Positions 1-9,445 of a stretch of DNA of 64,000 bases are shown here, one piece after another. Numbering within the stretch: the stretch's first letter is position 1; each line of letters starts with the position of its first letter. The DNA lies in the NCBI GenBank assembly GCA_964248365.1, contig CAXTYC010000006.1:107014-171013 (forward strand). Reading direction: 5' to 3'. Source of the stretch: an uncultured Chroococcidiopsis sp. Its GTDB lineage: Bacteria; Cyanobacteriota; Cyanobacteriia; Cyanobacteriales; Chroococcidiopsidaceae. The position numbers and the translations under genes were made by a program. Below the pieces are notes generated by a model, which saw nothing but the letters and a program-made list of their open reading frames with translations, was not told where the DNA came from and did not search any database.

Positions 1-57
1 TATAACTTCTGGCAAGGGAGAAGCCGAACAAATAAAATTATTTGACTATACCAAACT

Positions 58-82
58 AAGTCCGTTGCAACGGGCTTTTTTT
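58..82 (+). terminator. Intrinsic terminator hairpin
   Basis: AAGTCCGTT-GC-AACGGGCTT stem followed by a T-run. Confidence 0.65.
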
Positions 83-271
83 CACCGAACCTTTGGCACA
101 AAGGTTAATACCATTTAGGATTTTAGATTTTCGATTGGGAAAGGCAAGAGAGGCAAAGCTGCGATACAACTTCCAGGCGCAAGCTGGGTTAACGAGATAG
201 TGCAAGTTGTGGTGTTAAGCACTACCTATGTTTGAGCAAAGGAAAATATATAGCAAATAATTCCCAATCCA

Positions 272-320
272 TTGACATATTTCTCAATTAAATTTACATT
301 TATTTACATAATGTTACAAA
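272..320 (+). promoter_or_regulatory. Sigma70-type promoter overlapped by a triple HLR1 (RpaB-box-like) direct repeat
   Basis: TTGACA (272-277), 17 bp spacer, TACATT (295-300); TTTACATT-ta-TTTACATA-at-GTTACAAA at 293-320. Confidence 0.7.
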
Positions 321-331
321 AAGAGATAAAC

Positions 332-502
332 ATGAGATACACCACAGACGACCGAGGCGTTCTCAACAACTATGCAGCCGAACCCGCTGTTTACTTTGCC
401 GAGTATCCATCCCAAGAGCAACAGCGCCGCTACGCTATTCAAGGCGCAGTAGCCATTATGTTTGTCACTGTGGCATTGTTAACCGCCTTTGCTGTCAGCT
501 AG
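332..502 (+). CDS. psb34: Ssl1498/Psb34-family small membrane protein (PSII assembly)
   Basis: MRYTTDDRGVLNNYAAEPAVYFAEYPSQEQQRRY plus C-terminal TM helix, typical of the family; start moved to ATG 332. Confidence 0.75.
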   Translation: MRYTTDDRGVLNNYAAEPAVYFAEYPSQEQQRRYAIQGAVAIMFVTVALLTAFAVS

Positions 503-626
503 TAAATACACATCTGTTACAAACTGTCAATCACTAGCCTAAGCTAGTTATTGCTGCATTTGGTGTTTTGCTAGATCATCTTTGGTATCAATCGCTATTA
601 AGTCTAGTCAACAAAGGATATATGTT

Positions 627-872
627 ATGAAAACTGATTTTGATATTGCTCGTAGCTACATTTTGGCAGCATCTGCGCCAACTGTATTTAAGCCAGAATT
701 CAACACTTTTGCAACCATCACAGCTAATCAAGCTTGGTCTTTGTTCTTTACCGCTGGTCGTAACGATGCTGCACTAGGTTCTAACCCAGAGTTGGGGAAA
801 TTCTTAAATAACATCTTGAAAGCAGTTGTTTTAGCAGTTGTTTTGGCAGGCTTGGCATTTCACTACAGATAA
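627..872 (+). CDS. Hypothetical small membrane protein
   Basis: ORF with AWSLFFTAG motif and C-terminal hydrophobic helix; AAGGA upstream of ATG 627. Confidence 0.55.
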   Translation: MKTDFDIARSYILAASAPTVFKPEFNTFATITANQAWSLFFTAGRNDAALGSNPELGKFLNNILKAVVLAVVLAGLAFHYR

Positions 873-873
873 A

Positions 874-1045
874 GGGGCTAGGGGCTAGGGGCTGGGGACT
901 AGGAGAGAGATGGGGGATCTGGGGTAGCAAAGGGGATCTGGGGGGAAATTACCTTTTCCCTTTTTCCTTTTTCTAGCCTCTAGTTCCTCTGGTTCCTCTG
1001 GTTCCTCTGGTTCCTCTAGCAAGAGCGCCCCTAGCCTCCAGCCCC
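874..1045. repeat. STRR tract (GGGGCTA heptamers, GGTTCCTCT nonamers)
   Basis: Tandem short repeats between convergent genes. Confidence 0.85.
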
Positions 1046-1048
1046 TCA

Positions 1049-3268
1049 CTACCATTGGAAGCCTGCCTCGATTAGCGACTGTGCTGCTTGACAATCCAAA
1101 GGCTTGGAAAAGAAGTATCCCTGACCAAACTCGCATCCCAAGGCTTTGAGTTGAGAAAATTGCCCAGCTGTTTCCACGCCTTCAGCAACCACATCCATGC
1201 CTAAATTATGTGCCAGGGTGTTGATTGTCCGCACAATTTCAAAGTTTTCAGGATCACAGTTCATCCGACCAACAAAATGGCTATCAATTTTCAAAGTATT
1301 AATTGGAAAACGATGCAAATAACTCAAGGATGAATAGCCTTTGCCAAAATCATCGATGCTGAGCTGAATCTTCCTAGCTCTAATTTGCGAGAGCATATTA
1401 ATTGTCGCTTCCGTATCGTTTAGAAGCATACTTTCAGTAATTTCTAGCTTCAGATAACTGCCATCTAAACCAGTTTCAGCCAGAATGGAATCAATTTGCT
1501 TAATTAGTTTTGGCTGTTTGATTTGTTGGCTAGCAAGATTCACACTAATTTTTAAATTTGCGGCTGAGGGTAACTTGAGTTGCCATTCACGCATTTGACG
1601 ACAAGCCTGACGCAAAACCCATTCGCCAATTGGTACGATCAACCCTATATCTTCGGCAATAGATATGAATTCACCAGGAGAGACTAAACCTCGACTGGGA
1701 TGTTGCCAACGTATCAATGCCTCAAAGCCCGTCAGGAAGCCAGTTACCAATGAAATAATCGGTTGGTAGTGCAGCACAAACTCTTGACATTCGATCGCTT
1801 GCCTTAGTTCACTTTCCAGAAGCAAAAGCTTTAGTGTCCGAGCATACATTTCCTGATCGAAAATCGCATAACGAGCCTTGCCAGCTTCTTTGGCGCAATA
1901 CATGGCAATATCAGCGTTGCGTAGTAGCTCTGCTGGACGCTCATATGCTGTAGAACCTAGAACAATGCCAATGCTGGCACTAGTGAAAATGGTGTGCTCC
2001 TCAAGCTGCAACGGCAGCATTAATTCTGCCTGAATGCGCTCAGCAATCACGATCGCATCATTGATGTGGTTGATATCTTCTAGTAGAATAGTAAACTCAT
2101 CCCCGCCAAAACGAGCGATCGCATCGGTAGAGCGTAAACATCGCTGCATTAGCTGGGCAAACTTAATCAGCAGTTGATCTCCTACAATGTGTCCCAGGCT
2201 ATCATTAATAATCTTGAAGCGGTCAAGGTCGATGAATAGGACGGCAAATAAATAATTAGCATCACATTTAGCTTGCCCCAGTGCGAGTTCGATCCGCTCG
2301 ATAAAAAAGGTGCGATTGGGTAAACCTGTCAGGACATCATGCAAGGCATCATGAATTAACTGTTCCTCTGTCCGCTTGCGCTCGGTGATGTCATAAATAA
2401 TGCTGTCTAATCGAGTGGCAACGCCGTTATCGTCATAAATCACATGAGAGCGATCGCTTACCCATCGTACTGCACCATCGGAATGTAAAATTCTGTACTC
2501 CTGATTAATTTTGCCTTGCGTAAGCAGAGTTTGAACCGATTTATCGACTTGTTCGCGGTCTTCTGGATGAACTACTTCTAACCACAGATTTGGTTGCTCG
2601 AAAAACTCCCAAATCGGTCGTCCATAAACCTTTTGGGCAGCGGGATTAAGGTAAAGCAATTTAAAAGTTTTAGCACAAGCAGACCGAACAACTTCTTCGA
2701 GAGAATCTAGAATACTTTCGAGTCTTGCCTCACTCTGTTGCAGCCAATGTTGTGTCTGTCTGCGTGAGGCAATTTCTTGCTGTAACTGTTGATTAGCAGC
2801 TGCTAGTTGGGCGGTGCGTTGTTGCACTCGTTGTTCAAGTTCTGCATTTAGCTGGCGAATTTCTGCCTTGGCTACTTGTAAGGCGAGTTGACTTTTAATC
2901 CGAACTAAAACCTCTTCCACCTGAAAGGGTTTTGTGATATAATCTACTCCACCAACTTCAAAAGCTCTGACTTTATCAAGCACATCATCCAAGGCACTCA
3001 TAAAAATTACTGGAATGTCACGGGTTGCTGGTGCAGCTTTTAGTTGTTGACAAACGTGATACCCATCCATGTCTGGCATTTTGACATCCAGTAAAATTAA
3101 ATCTGGCGGTGCAGCCATAGCTCCCCTCAATGCCATAGTGCCGTTCTTGGCGCACCTGACTCCATAACCCTGCTCAGCCAGAGTAGCGGACAGGACACGC
3201 AGGTTATCAGGTAAATCATCAACAATTAAAATCATCGCCACAGAGGTATTCACTCGATGCCCATTCAT
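1049..3268 (-). CDS. REC-PAS-GGDEF-EAL diguanylate cyclase/phosphodiesterase response regulator
   Basis: ILIVDD...LLDVKMP receiver, [29 protein letters not shown]. Confidence 0.95.
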   Translation of the reverse strand: MNGHRVNTSVAMILIVDDLPDNLRVLSATLAEQGYGVRCAKNGTMALRGAMAAPPDLILLDVKMPDMDGYHVCQQLKAAPATRDIPVIFMSALDDVLDKVRAFEVGGVDYITKPFQVEEVLVRIKSQLALQVAKAEIRQLNAELEQRVQQRTAQLAAANQQLQQEIASRRQTQHWLQQSEARLESILDSLEEVVRSACAKTFKLLYLNPAAQKVYGRPIWEFFEQPNLWLEVVHPEDREQVDKSVQTLLTQGKINQEYRILHSDGAVRWVSDRSHVIYDDNGVATRLDSIIYDITERKRTEEQLIHDALHDVLTGLPNRTFFIERIELALGQAKCDANYLFAVLFIDLDRFKIINDSLGHIVGDQLLIKFAQLMQRCLRSTDAIARFGGDEFTILLEDINHINDAIVIAERIQAELMLPLQLEEHTIFTSASIGIVLGSTAYERPAELLRNADIAMYCAKEAGKARYAIFDQEMYARTLKLLLLESELRQAIECQEFVLHYQPIISLVTGFLTGFEALIRWQHPSRGLVSPGEFISIAEDIGLIVPIGEWVLRQACRQMREWQLKLPSAANLKISVNLASQQIKQPKLIKQIDSILAETGLDGSYLKLEITESMLLNDTEATINMLSQIRARKIQLSIDDFGKGYSSLSYLHRFPINTLKIDSHFVGRMNCDPENFEIVRTINTLAHNLGMDVVAEGVETAGQFSQLKALGCEFGQGYFFSKPLDCQAAQSLIEAGFQW

Positions 3269-6054
3269 AAAGTGGTAGCCTCTTGAGCGAGATTCATGAT
3301 CTGATCGAAATCAAAGTCGTTGACTTTATCTAACAGCGCTTTAGCCAAGGGGTTATTTTCTTCAGGTATTTGCGCTACAAGCTGAGAAATCATCTCGGCA
3401 TCTAATCTCGCTGCTGCTTGATGTAGCTTTTCCACCCACTCATTCGGCATTGTTTGAAAGGATGAACTTTGAAGGAGAAAGGCACAATTAGTTTTTTCAT
3501 CCTTGAGACTTTCTACTTCATCGTTTTGCTCATAGATGTAACGTACCCCTAGATAGTTCGCCATCTTTTCAAACAGCACATTCTCTTGGAACGGCTTACG
3601 CATAAAATCGTCACAACCTGCTGACAGCACGATCGCTCGTTCCTCTTCAAAGGCACTTGCCGTTAGAGCAATAATCACCGTCGCCTGTCCTTTTAGATGG
3701 GATTTAATCTGTTGAGTTGCTTCATAGCCATTTAAGACTGGCATTCGCATATCCATCCAGATCAGGTGCGGTTCCCAGCTTTCCCACCTTGCGATCGCCT
3801 CTTGACCGTTTTGAGCTTCCCGCACTTGGAAGCCAATAGATGTGAGCAGTTTAGTCAGCAATAAGCGATTTGCAGGGCGATCGTCAACCACCAAGATGCG
3901 ATATTCCGGTTGATCAGCCTCCAAACCAATCACTCGCCGAGTTTGTTTCTGAGTTTGAATATTACCTGCATCAGCCAGCTTAACCTTGATGTCAAATCGG
4001 AAGGTTGTTCCTTGCCCCAATTTACTGCTAACCTTGATGTCTCCTCCCATCAGCTGCACAAACTTGCGGCTTATTGGTAAACCTAACCCTGTTCCTTGTT
4101 GAGATTTCCGCCCTGTTTCTGTTTGCACAAACGGTTCAAACAAGCTTTCCATTTCATCAGGTGCAATGCCAGAACCAGTATCTTCTACCTCGAACAAGAG
4201 GGGTAAGGGGCATCGCACTGCCATGCTCGTACCAGTAAGTAAGCAGTCGGTTTCTTGCCTCTTGCCTACGCCCACGCGAAGTGTCACGCCGCCTTCTTGA
4301 GTAAATTTGATTGCGTTGCCCAAAAGATTAATCAAAACCTGGCGTAATTTGCGTTCATCTGTGCGTACATATTGGGGAACTTCTGGACTACGTTCAAATA
4401 ACAACTGTAAGCCTTGAGATTCGGCTTTAAGCTGCAACATCTCTTCAATTGTGTCTAGCATGGAATAGAGGTCGAAGTCATTTTCATTGGCTAAGATCCG
4501 ACCTGCCTCAATTTTGGACATTTCCAAAACGTCATTAATTAAGGACAGCAAATGCTCACCACTGCGATTAATGATGCCCAGATTTTCCTGCTGTTCTTTT
4601 TTGAGAGATGAGTCACGATTCATTAGTTGAGTGAAGCCAAGGATCGCATTCAGGGGAGTGCGAAGTTCGTGACTCATATTTGCCAGAAATTCGCTTTTAG
4701 CCTGATTAGCAGTTTCAGCGGCTTGTTTTGCTGCACCCAGTTCGGCAGTGCGTTGTTCAACTCGGTTTTCTAATTGCTCGAATGACTCTTTTAGCTGTAA
4801 CGCCATTTGATTAAAAGAGTGGGACAAAACTCCCAACTCTTTAACACCCTTGATTTCTACCTGTTGCTCTAAGTCACCTTTGGCGATCGCCCCAGAAGCT
4901 CGATTTAATCGATGGATTGGTTGGATAATCCATCTGGAGGTGATCATTCCCAAGACAGTTGCCACCAACAAAGCCACTAGACTAAGAATAATTGTTGTGT
5001 GGGTGTTGGCGTTGATTTGCGCCATGAAGTCTGATTCTGGGACAACAACAACCACTAACCAATCCAGACCGAGTTTGTCGTGCCAAGGTTCAACATGGAC
5101 AAACTGACGCTCACCTTTGAGTTTAAAATCTAGTTCAAGGCTTTCCTTAATATTTTTAAAATTACTAAAATTTTGCTGCAAATACTGGGCTGTAGATTGT
5201 ATTAAGGAGTCACTACTGTTTAAGACGTTCAGCCGCTGTGCTTTGTCATTCAGGATAGCAGATGATTTTTCGAGGCTAGAATTAGCTATCATCAGCCCGT
5301 TACGTTCTACAATAAAAACTTTTCCTGACGGGCTAACTTTTAAGTCGCGCAAGAAATTACTTATCTTAGATAACAGTAGATCAACGCCGATTACACCTAT
5401 CGATTGATGATTTTTATCATAAATAGGACGGTTTGCAGAGATAGACAAATATTTTCCCGTCTTCGTATCATTCCAGGTGTAAACTTGACTCCAAATGGGT
5501 TTACCTGCTTTAAGTGTTTGTGTATACCAAGCTTCTGTTTTATAATTGTATTTATCATAAAAATATCTAACCTTAGTGGGGTTTCCCTGTTTATCGGTCG
5601 CATAGGTGTAGTTTTTCCCGCTTGCATCGCGTGAGATACTAATAGTGACATCGGCATCGCCCTCCAAATACCCAGAGCCAGCATATTCGCCTGTTGCTAG
5701 TCCATAGTTGATATAGCTAACATTAAATACCTGCATTTGTTTCCAGAAAAAATGCCCTGATCTTTGAAGGTTGTGTATGTCAAGCAGTCCTAGGTTGATA
5801 GCATCTATATTGATTTGATTAATTTGATGAGGGGCTGCCAGGTAGGAATCAAGATGCTGATCAACTTGTTTGCTAGCTTTGTTCATTAGCTGGTTGGCAA
5901 GGTCATTGACAGCTTGTTGTCCATTGCGTAATGAGAAATACCCAGTCAGTCCCACAGCTGCAAAGATTTGCACCACAAAGGGAACCACAAGAATGAGGCG
6001 CAGTGGCATTCCTTTGTAGCTGTTGGCAGAGGGGCTGTGGGTTCTGGGTAACAT
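3265..6054 (-). CDS. Hybrid sensor histidine kinase (TM-Cache-HAMP-HisKA-HATPase-REC)
   Basis: [15 protein letters not shown]-box, [17 protein letters not shown]-terminal receiver; 4-bp overlap with the downstream EAL gene. Confidence 0.95.
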   Translation of the reverse strand: MLPRTHSPSANSYKGMPLRLILVVPFVVQIFAAVGLTGYFSLRNGQQAVNDLANQLMNKASKQVDQHLDSYLAAPHQINQINIDAINLGLLDIHNLQRSGHFFWKQMQVFNVSYINYGLATGEYAGSGYLEGDADVTISISRDASGKNYTYATDKQGNPTKVRYFYDKYNYKTEAWYTQTLKAGKPIWSQVYTWNDTKTGKYLSISANRPIYDKNHQSIGVIGVDLLLSKISNFLRDLKVSPSGKVFIVERNGLMIANSSLEKSSAILNDKAQRLNVLNSSDSLIQSTAQYLQQNFSNFKNIKESLELDFKLKGERQFVHVEPWHDKLGLDWLVVVVVPESDFMAQINANTHTTIILSLVALLVATVLGMITSRWIIQPIHRLNRASGAIAKGDLEQQVEIKGVKELGVLSHSFNQMALQLKESFEQLENRVEQRTAELGAAKQAAETANQAKSEFLANMSHELRTPLNAILGFTQLMNRDSSLKKEQQENLGIINRSGEHLLSLINDVLEMSKIEAGRILANENDFDLYSMLDTIEEMLQLKAESQGLQLLFERSPEVPQYVRTDERKLRQVLINLLGNAIKFTQEGGVTLRVGVGKRQETDCLLTGTSMAVRCPLPLLFEVEDTGSGIAPDEMESLFEPFVQTETGRKSQQGTGLGLPISRKFVQLMGGDIKVSSKLGQGTTFRFDIKVKLADAGNIQTQKQTRRVIGLEADQPEYRILVVDDRPANRLLLTKLLTSIGFQVREAQNGQEAIARWESWEPHLIWMDMRMPVLNGYEATQQIKSHLKGQATVIIALTASAFEEERAIVLSAGCDDFMRKPFQENVLFEKMANYLGVRYIYEQNDEVESLKDEKTNCAFLLQSSSFQTMPNEWVEKLHQAAARLDAEMISQLVAQIPEENNPLAKALLDKVNDFDFDQIMNLAQEATTL

Positions 6055-6317
6055 ATTTGGTCTGAATCAACTCCTAGTTATTCATCTCAAACCACCGTCA
6101 AAATCTTGCTTGATGGTGTTACACTCATTACAATCTAGAGAATTGTTTTGTGGCATTAGAGATATTGCTGATCTTTGCTAAACTTTTTTGTGCAAGCTAG
6201 ATGGTAACTACTAGAAACAGGCGATCGCACACTTTCTGGTATGGAAAATAACAGCGATCGCCGCCCAACGAGAATATAAAGGTAAGTTAAATCTAGATCT
6301 GCAAATAGCAAACTACT

Positions 6318-7019
6318 ATGCTGCAAGTCCAAAAATTAAATGTTTACTATGGCGAAAGTCATATTCTGCGCGATGTGGATCTGAATGTCGCTCAAGGACA
6401 AATGGTGTGCCTTATCGGACGCAATGGCGTGGGAAAAACGACTTTATTAAAGACAATTATGGGGTTAATTCAACCGCGTAGTGGCGCGATTGCTTTGGCT
6501 GGTGAACCGATAACTAAAAAATCCCCCGACAAAAGAGCAAAACTAGGCATTGGTTACGTTCCCCAAGGACGAGAAATTATCCCCCGCTTGAGTGTCAAGG
6601 AAAATTTATTGCTTGGGTTAGAAGCAAGACAAAAAGGGATTAAAGGGAATCAAGAAATTCCAGAAGGGGTTTTTGGGCTGTTTCCAGTCTTAAAATCAAT
6701 GCTTTCGCGCATGGGAGGCGATTTAAGTGGAGGACAACAGCAACAACTGGCGATCGCTCGTGCTTTAATGGGACAACCCAGATTACTCGTATTAGACGAA
6801 CCAACTGAAGGCATTCAACCTTCAATCATTTTAGAAATCGAGGCAGCAATTCGCAGCATTATTGCCTCAACTGGAATTTCAGTGCTATTAGTAGAACAAC
6901 ACTTGCACTTTGTCCGCCAAGCAGACTGCTACTACGCGATGCAAAAAGGCGGTATCGTTGCTTCTGGTTTGACCAGTGAATTAAGCCAGGATGTAATTCA
7001 AAGATTTTTGGCAGTATGA
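6318..7019 (+). CDS. urtE: Urea ABC transporter ATP-binding subunit UrtE
   Basis: GRNGVGKTT, YVPQGREIIP, LSGGQQQQLAIARAL, LDEPTEGIQPS. Confidence 0.9.
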   Translation: MLQVQKLNVYYGESHILRDVDLNVAQGQMVCLIGRNGVGKTTLLKTIMGLIQPRSGAIALAGEPITKKSPDKRAKLGIGYVPQGREIIPRLSVKENLLLGLEARQKGIKGNQEIPEGVFGLFPVLKSMLSRMGGDLSGGQQQQLAIARALMGQPRLLVLDEPTEGIQPSIILEIEAAIRSIIASTGISVLLVEQHLHFVRQADCYYAMQKGGIVASGLTSELSQDVIQRFLAV

Positions 7020-7020
7020 A

Positions 7021-7213
7021 TTGGGGGCTGGGGGCTAGGGGCTAGGGGCGAGTGTAAGAGGAGGGGGAGAGGGGGAAGCTCTTCACTCGCGTTGTGGGGA
7101 TTAGAGGGCAAGGGGGAGAGTGGGAGAGGGGGAGAAGATGAGAAATCCTCTCTATTTGCTCTAGCCTCTAGCCTCTAGCCTCTAGCCTCTAGCCTCTAGC
7201 CCCTAGCCCCTAG
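7021..7213. repeat. STRR tracts (GGGGCTA)n and (CTAGCCT)n in inverted arrangement between convergent genes
   Basis: Heptamer tandem arrays at 7023-7050 and 7161-7213. Confidence 0.85.
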
Positions 7214-7222
7214 TTCATATAT

Positions 7223-8755
7223 TCAACCTAGACAACGGATTGCTTCTAAAAGACCTTTGGCTTTGTTGAGGGTTTCCTCATATTCTTTTTCTGGGTCAGA
7301 ATCGGCAACTAAACCAGCACCAGCTTGGACGCTAACGGTGTGATTGTGGAAAACCATTGTACGAATAGCGATCGCACTATTTAACTGTCCCTCAAAGTCA
7401 TACCAGCCATAAACTCCAGAATACACCCCACGACGGCATTTTTCGAGTTCATAAATGATTTCCATTGCCCGAATTTTCGGTGCACCGCTGACAGTACCAG
7501 CTGGGAAGCAAGCTTTAAGTAAATCCCAAGCAGTTTTACCTGGGGCTAGTTCTCCCAGTACATTACTGACAATATGCATCACATGAGAATAGCGCTCGAT
7601 CACCATTAATTCATCTACTTTTACCGTACCGCTTGTGCATACTCTACCCAAGTCATTACGACCTAAGTCAACTAGCATTACGTGTTCAGCAATTTCTTTG
7701 GGATCTTTGAGCAAATCCTCAGCCAGAGCTGCATCTTCTTGGGGTGTTTTACCTCTGGGGCGTGTCCCAGCAATGGGGCGCAAGGTAGCCACAACTCCAC
7801 CATAGGAAGCGCGTTCTGCTTTTACCATCACTTCTGGACTGGAACCGATAATTTGCCAATCATTGAAGTGAAAATAAGCCATATAAGGCGAGGGGTTAAT
7901 TAGTCGCAGCGAACGGTAAAGGGCAAAAGGGTCGCGGTCGTATTCGGTTGAGAGACGCTGGGAAAGGACAACTTGAAAGATGTCCCCAGCTTTTATGTAT
8001 TCTTTTGCCTTTTGCACATTAGCGCAGAATTGTTCTTTGGTAACATTGCTGGTATAATTAGCCTGCGACTGTTGAGTTCCCCCCCCGCTCCCCCTGCTCT
8101 CTTCTGGGGAAGTCCATTCTAATACCGTATCTTGACTAGAAAGGGGTAGCTGTAGTTTGTTGACTAGTTTTGCAAGGCGATCGCAAGTTTGTTGGTATGC
8201 CTTTTCGATATCAACCCCAGTGTCACGTAAATCAGCATAGGCGATCGCCCAAATTTTTCGCTTTACCTGGTCAAAAATCAGCAACTGATCTACTTGCATC
8301 CATAGTCCATCTGGTAAATCAGTTTCCGCCGCCTGATGCACTGGTACACGCGGTTCTATCCAGCGAATCAATTCATAACCCCAAAACCCAAACAAACCGC
8401 CAATTCCAGGCGGTAGTTGGGGCAATTTCACCGGATGAAAGGGTTTTAGACACGAGGCTAAGGTTGTAAATGGGTCGCCTTCAAACACTTCTTGCGAACC
8501 ATCACGATAAGTTTGGGTAGTGCGATCGCCCCTTGCCTCCAAAATCCACAGCGGATCGCAACCAAGTATACTGTAACGTCCGATTTTCTCGCCGCCTTCT
8601 ACCGATTCCAATAAAAAACTATAGGGCTGTCCGGCACAAACTTTGTACCATGCAGATACAGGAGTATCCAAATCTGCTACCCATTCTTGATATACCGGAA
8701 CAAAATTACCCTGCCTAGCCCAAGCTGAAAATTGAGAAAAATCGGGGAAAATCAT
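7223..8755 (-). CDS. trpE: Anthranilate synthase component I
   Basis: SFLLESVEGG, IFQVVLSQR, PIAGTRPRG, EHVMLVDLGRNDLGRV, GAPKIRAM; start moved to MIFPDF because the upstream extension reads through a repeat. Confidence 0.95.
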   Translation of the reverse strand: MIFPDFSQFSAWARQGNFVPVYQEWVADLDTPVSAWYKVCAGQPYSFLLESVEGGEKIGRYSILGCDPLWILEARGDRTTQTYRDGSQEVFEGDPFTTLASCLKPFHPVKLPQLPPGIGGLFGFWGYELIRWIEPRVPVHQAAETDLPDGLWMQVDQLLIFDQVKRKIWAIAYADLRDTGVDIEKAYQQTCDRLAKLVNKLQLPLSSQDTVLEWTSPEESRGSGGGTQQSQANYTSNVTKEQFCANVQKAKEYIKAGDIFQVVLSQRLSTEYDRDPFALYRSLRLINPSPYMAYFHFNDWQIIGSSPEVMVKAERASYGGVVATLRPIAGTRPRGKTPQEDAALAEDLLKDPKEIAEHVMLVDLGRNDLGRVCTSGTVKVDELMVIERYSHVMHIVSNVLGELAPGKTAWDLLKACFPAGTVSGAPKIRAMEIIYELEKCRRGVYSGVYGWYDFEGQLNSAIAIRTMVFHNHTVSVQAGAGLVADSDPEKEYEETLNKAKGLLEAIRCLG

Positions 8756-8789
8756 AAACCAGATCTCAGGAGCCAGAATACAGAAGACA

Positions 8790-8814
8790 GTAGGGTGGGC
8801 AATGCCCACCTTAC
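8790..8814. repeat. GTAG-type REP-like palindrome
   Basis: GTAGGGTGGGCAATGCCCACCTTAC; related copies at 19443, 19703 and 23824. Confidence 0.85.
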
Positions 8815-8902
8815 GCTTGAAAAATCTAGGAACAAGCGCTTTCATTAGTTAGGAGACACAGAACTAAAGACTAAACAATCCCTAGTCCTGCGCCCCTAGC
8901 CC

Positions 8903-9361
8903 CTAATTGCCCCCACTTATAGTGCCGCTATTAGTTTCAGATTCGTAAGTTGTACGACCGCTGAACTTCAACTTAGCAGGGGCTGGGTTTCTGCCGATGT
9001 TGCGGTCTACGTAATTTACTTTTTCACGACCTGCATTTACTTTTTCTGGGAAGACACCATCAGCGGGATGCAGGTACTGCACTTCTCCGTTGGGATAAAT
9101 GCGATAAATTTTGTAGTCTGTAATTTTGAACTTCGCACGTAATTGCTGACCACCCAAAGCAATCCCATATTCTTTACGGGCTAGATATAGCAGGTTTTTG
9201 CCTTGCCGCATGGTAGCAGCGCCACCAGTGGGCATTTCAAACACTTGCTCTTTGGGGCTAGTCCACGTAATTGCGTACATTTCCTCTCTAAATGCCTTGG
9301 TTAGCAAGCCGCCAGTGCTGCCACCAAATAAAGGAGTTTGTCCAGAAAGTTCTTCTGCCAT
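8903..9361 (-). CDS. psaD: Photosystem I subunit II PsaD
   Basis: [36 protein letters not shown]. Confidence 0.97.
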   Translation of the reverse strand: MAEELSGQTPLFGGSTGGLLTKAFREEMYAITWTSPKEQVFEMPTGGAATMRQGKNLLYLARKEYGIALGGQQLRAKFKITDYKIYRIYPNGEVQYLHPADGVFPEKVNAGREKVNYVDRNIGRNPAPAKLKFSGRTTYESETNSGTISGGN

Positions 9362-9445
9362 AAACAACTCACTCAAGGTTTTTAGGGCATCGTAGCACTG
9401 AGACTGCGCTCCTACAGCTACTGTGTTAAAAACCGTTACAGTTCG

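Noticed and set aside
885..1136. 83-aa ORF with EEPEEPEEP
   Set aside because: Translation of GGTTCCTCT/STRR repeats overlapping the EAL gene end.
8756..8845. N-terminal extension of TrpE
   Set aside because: Reads through a REP palindrome (VGIAHPT); the TrpE-like sequence begins at MIFPDF.
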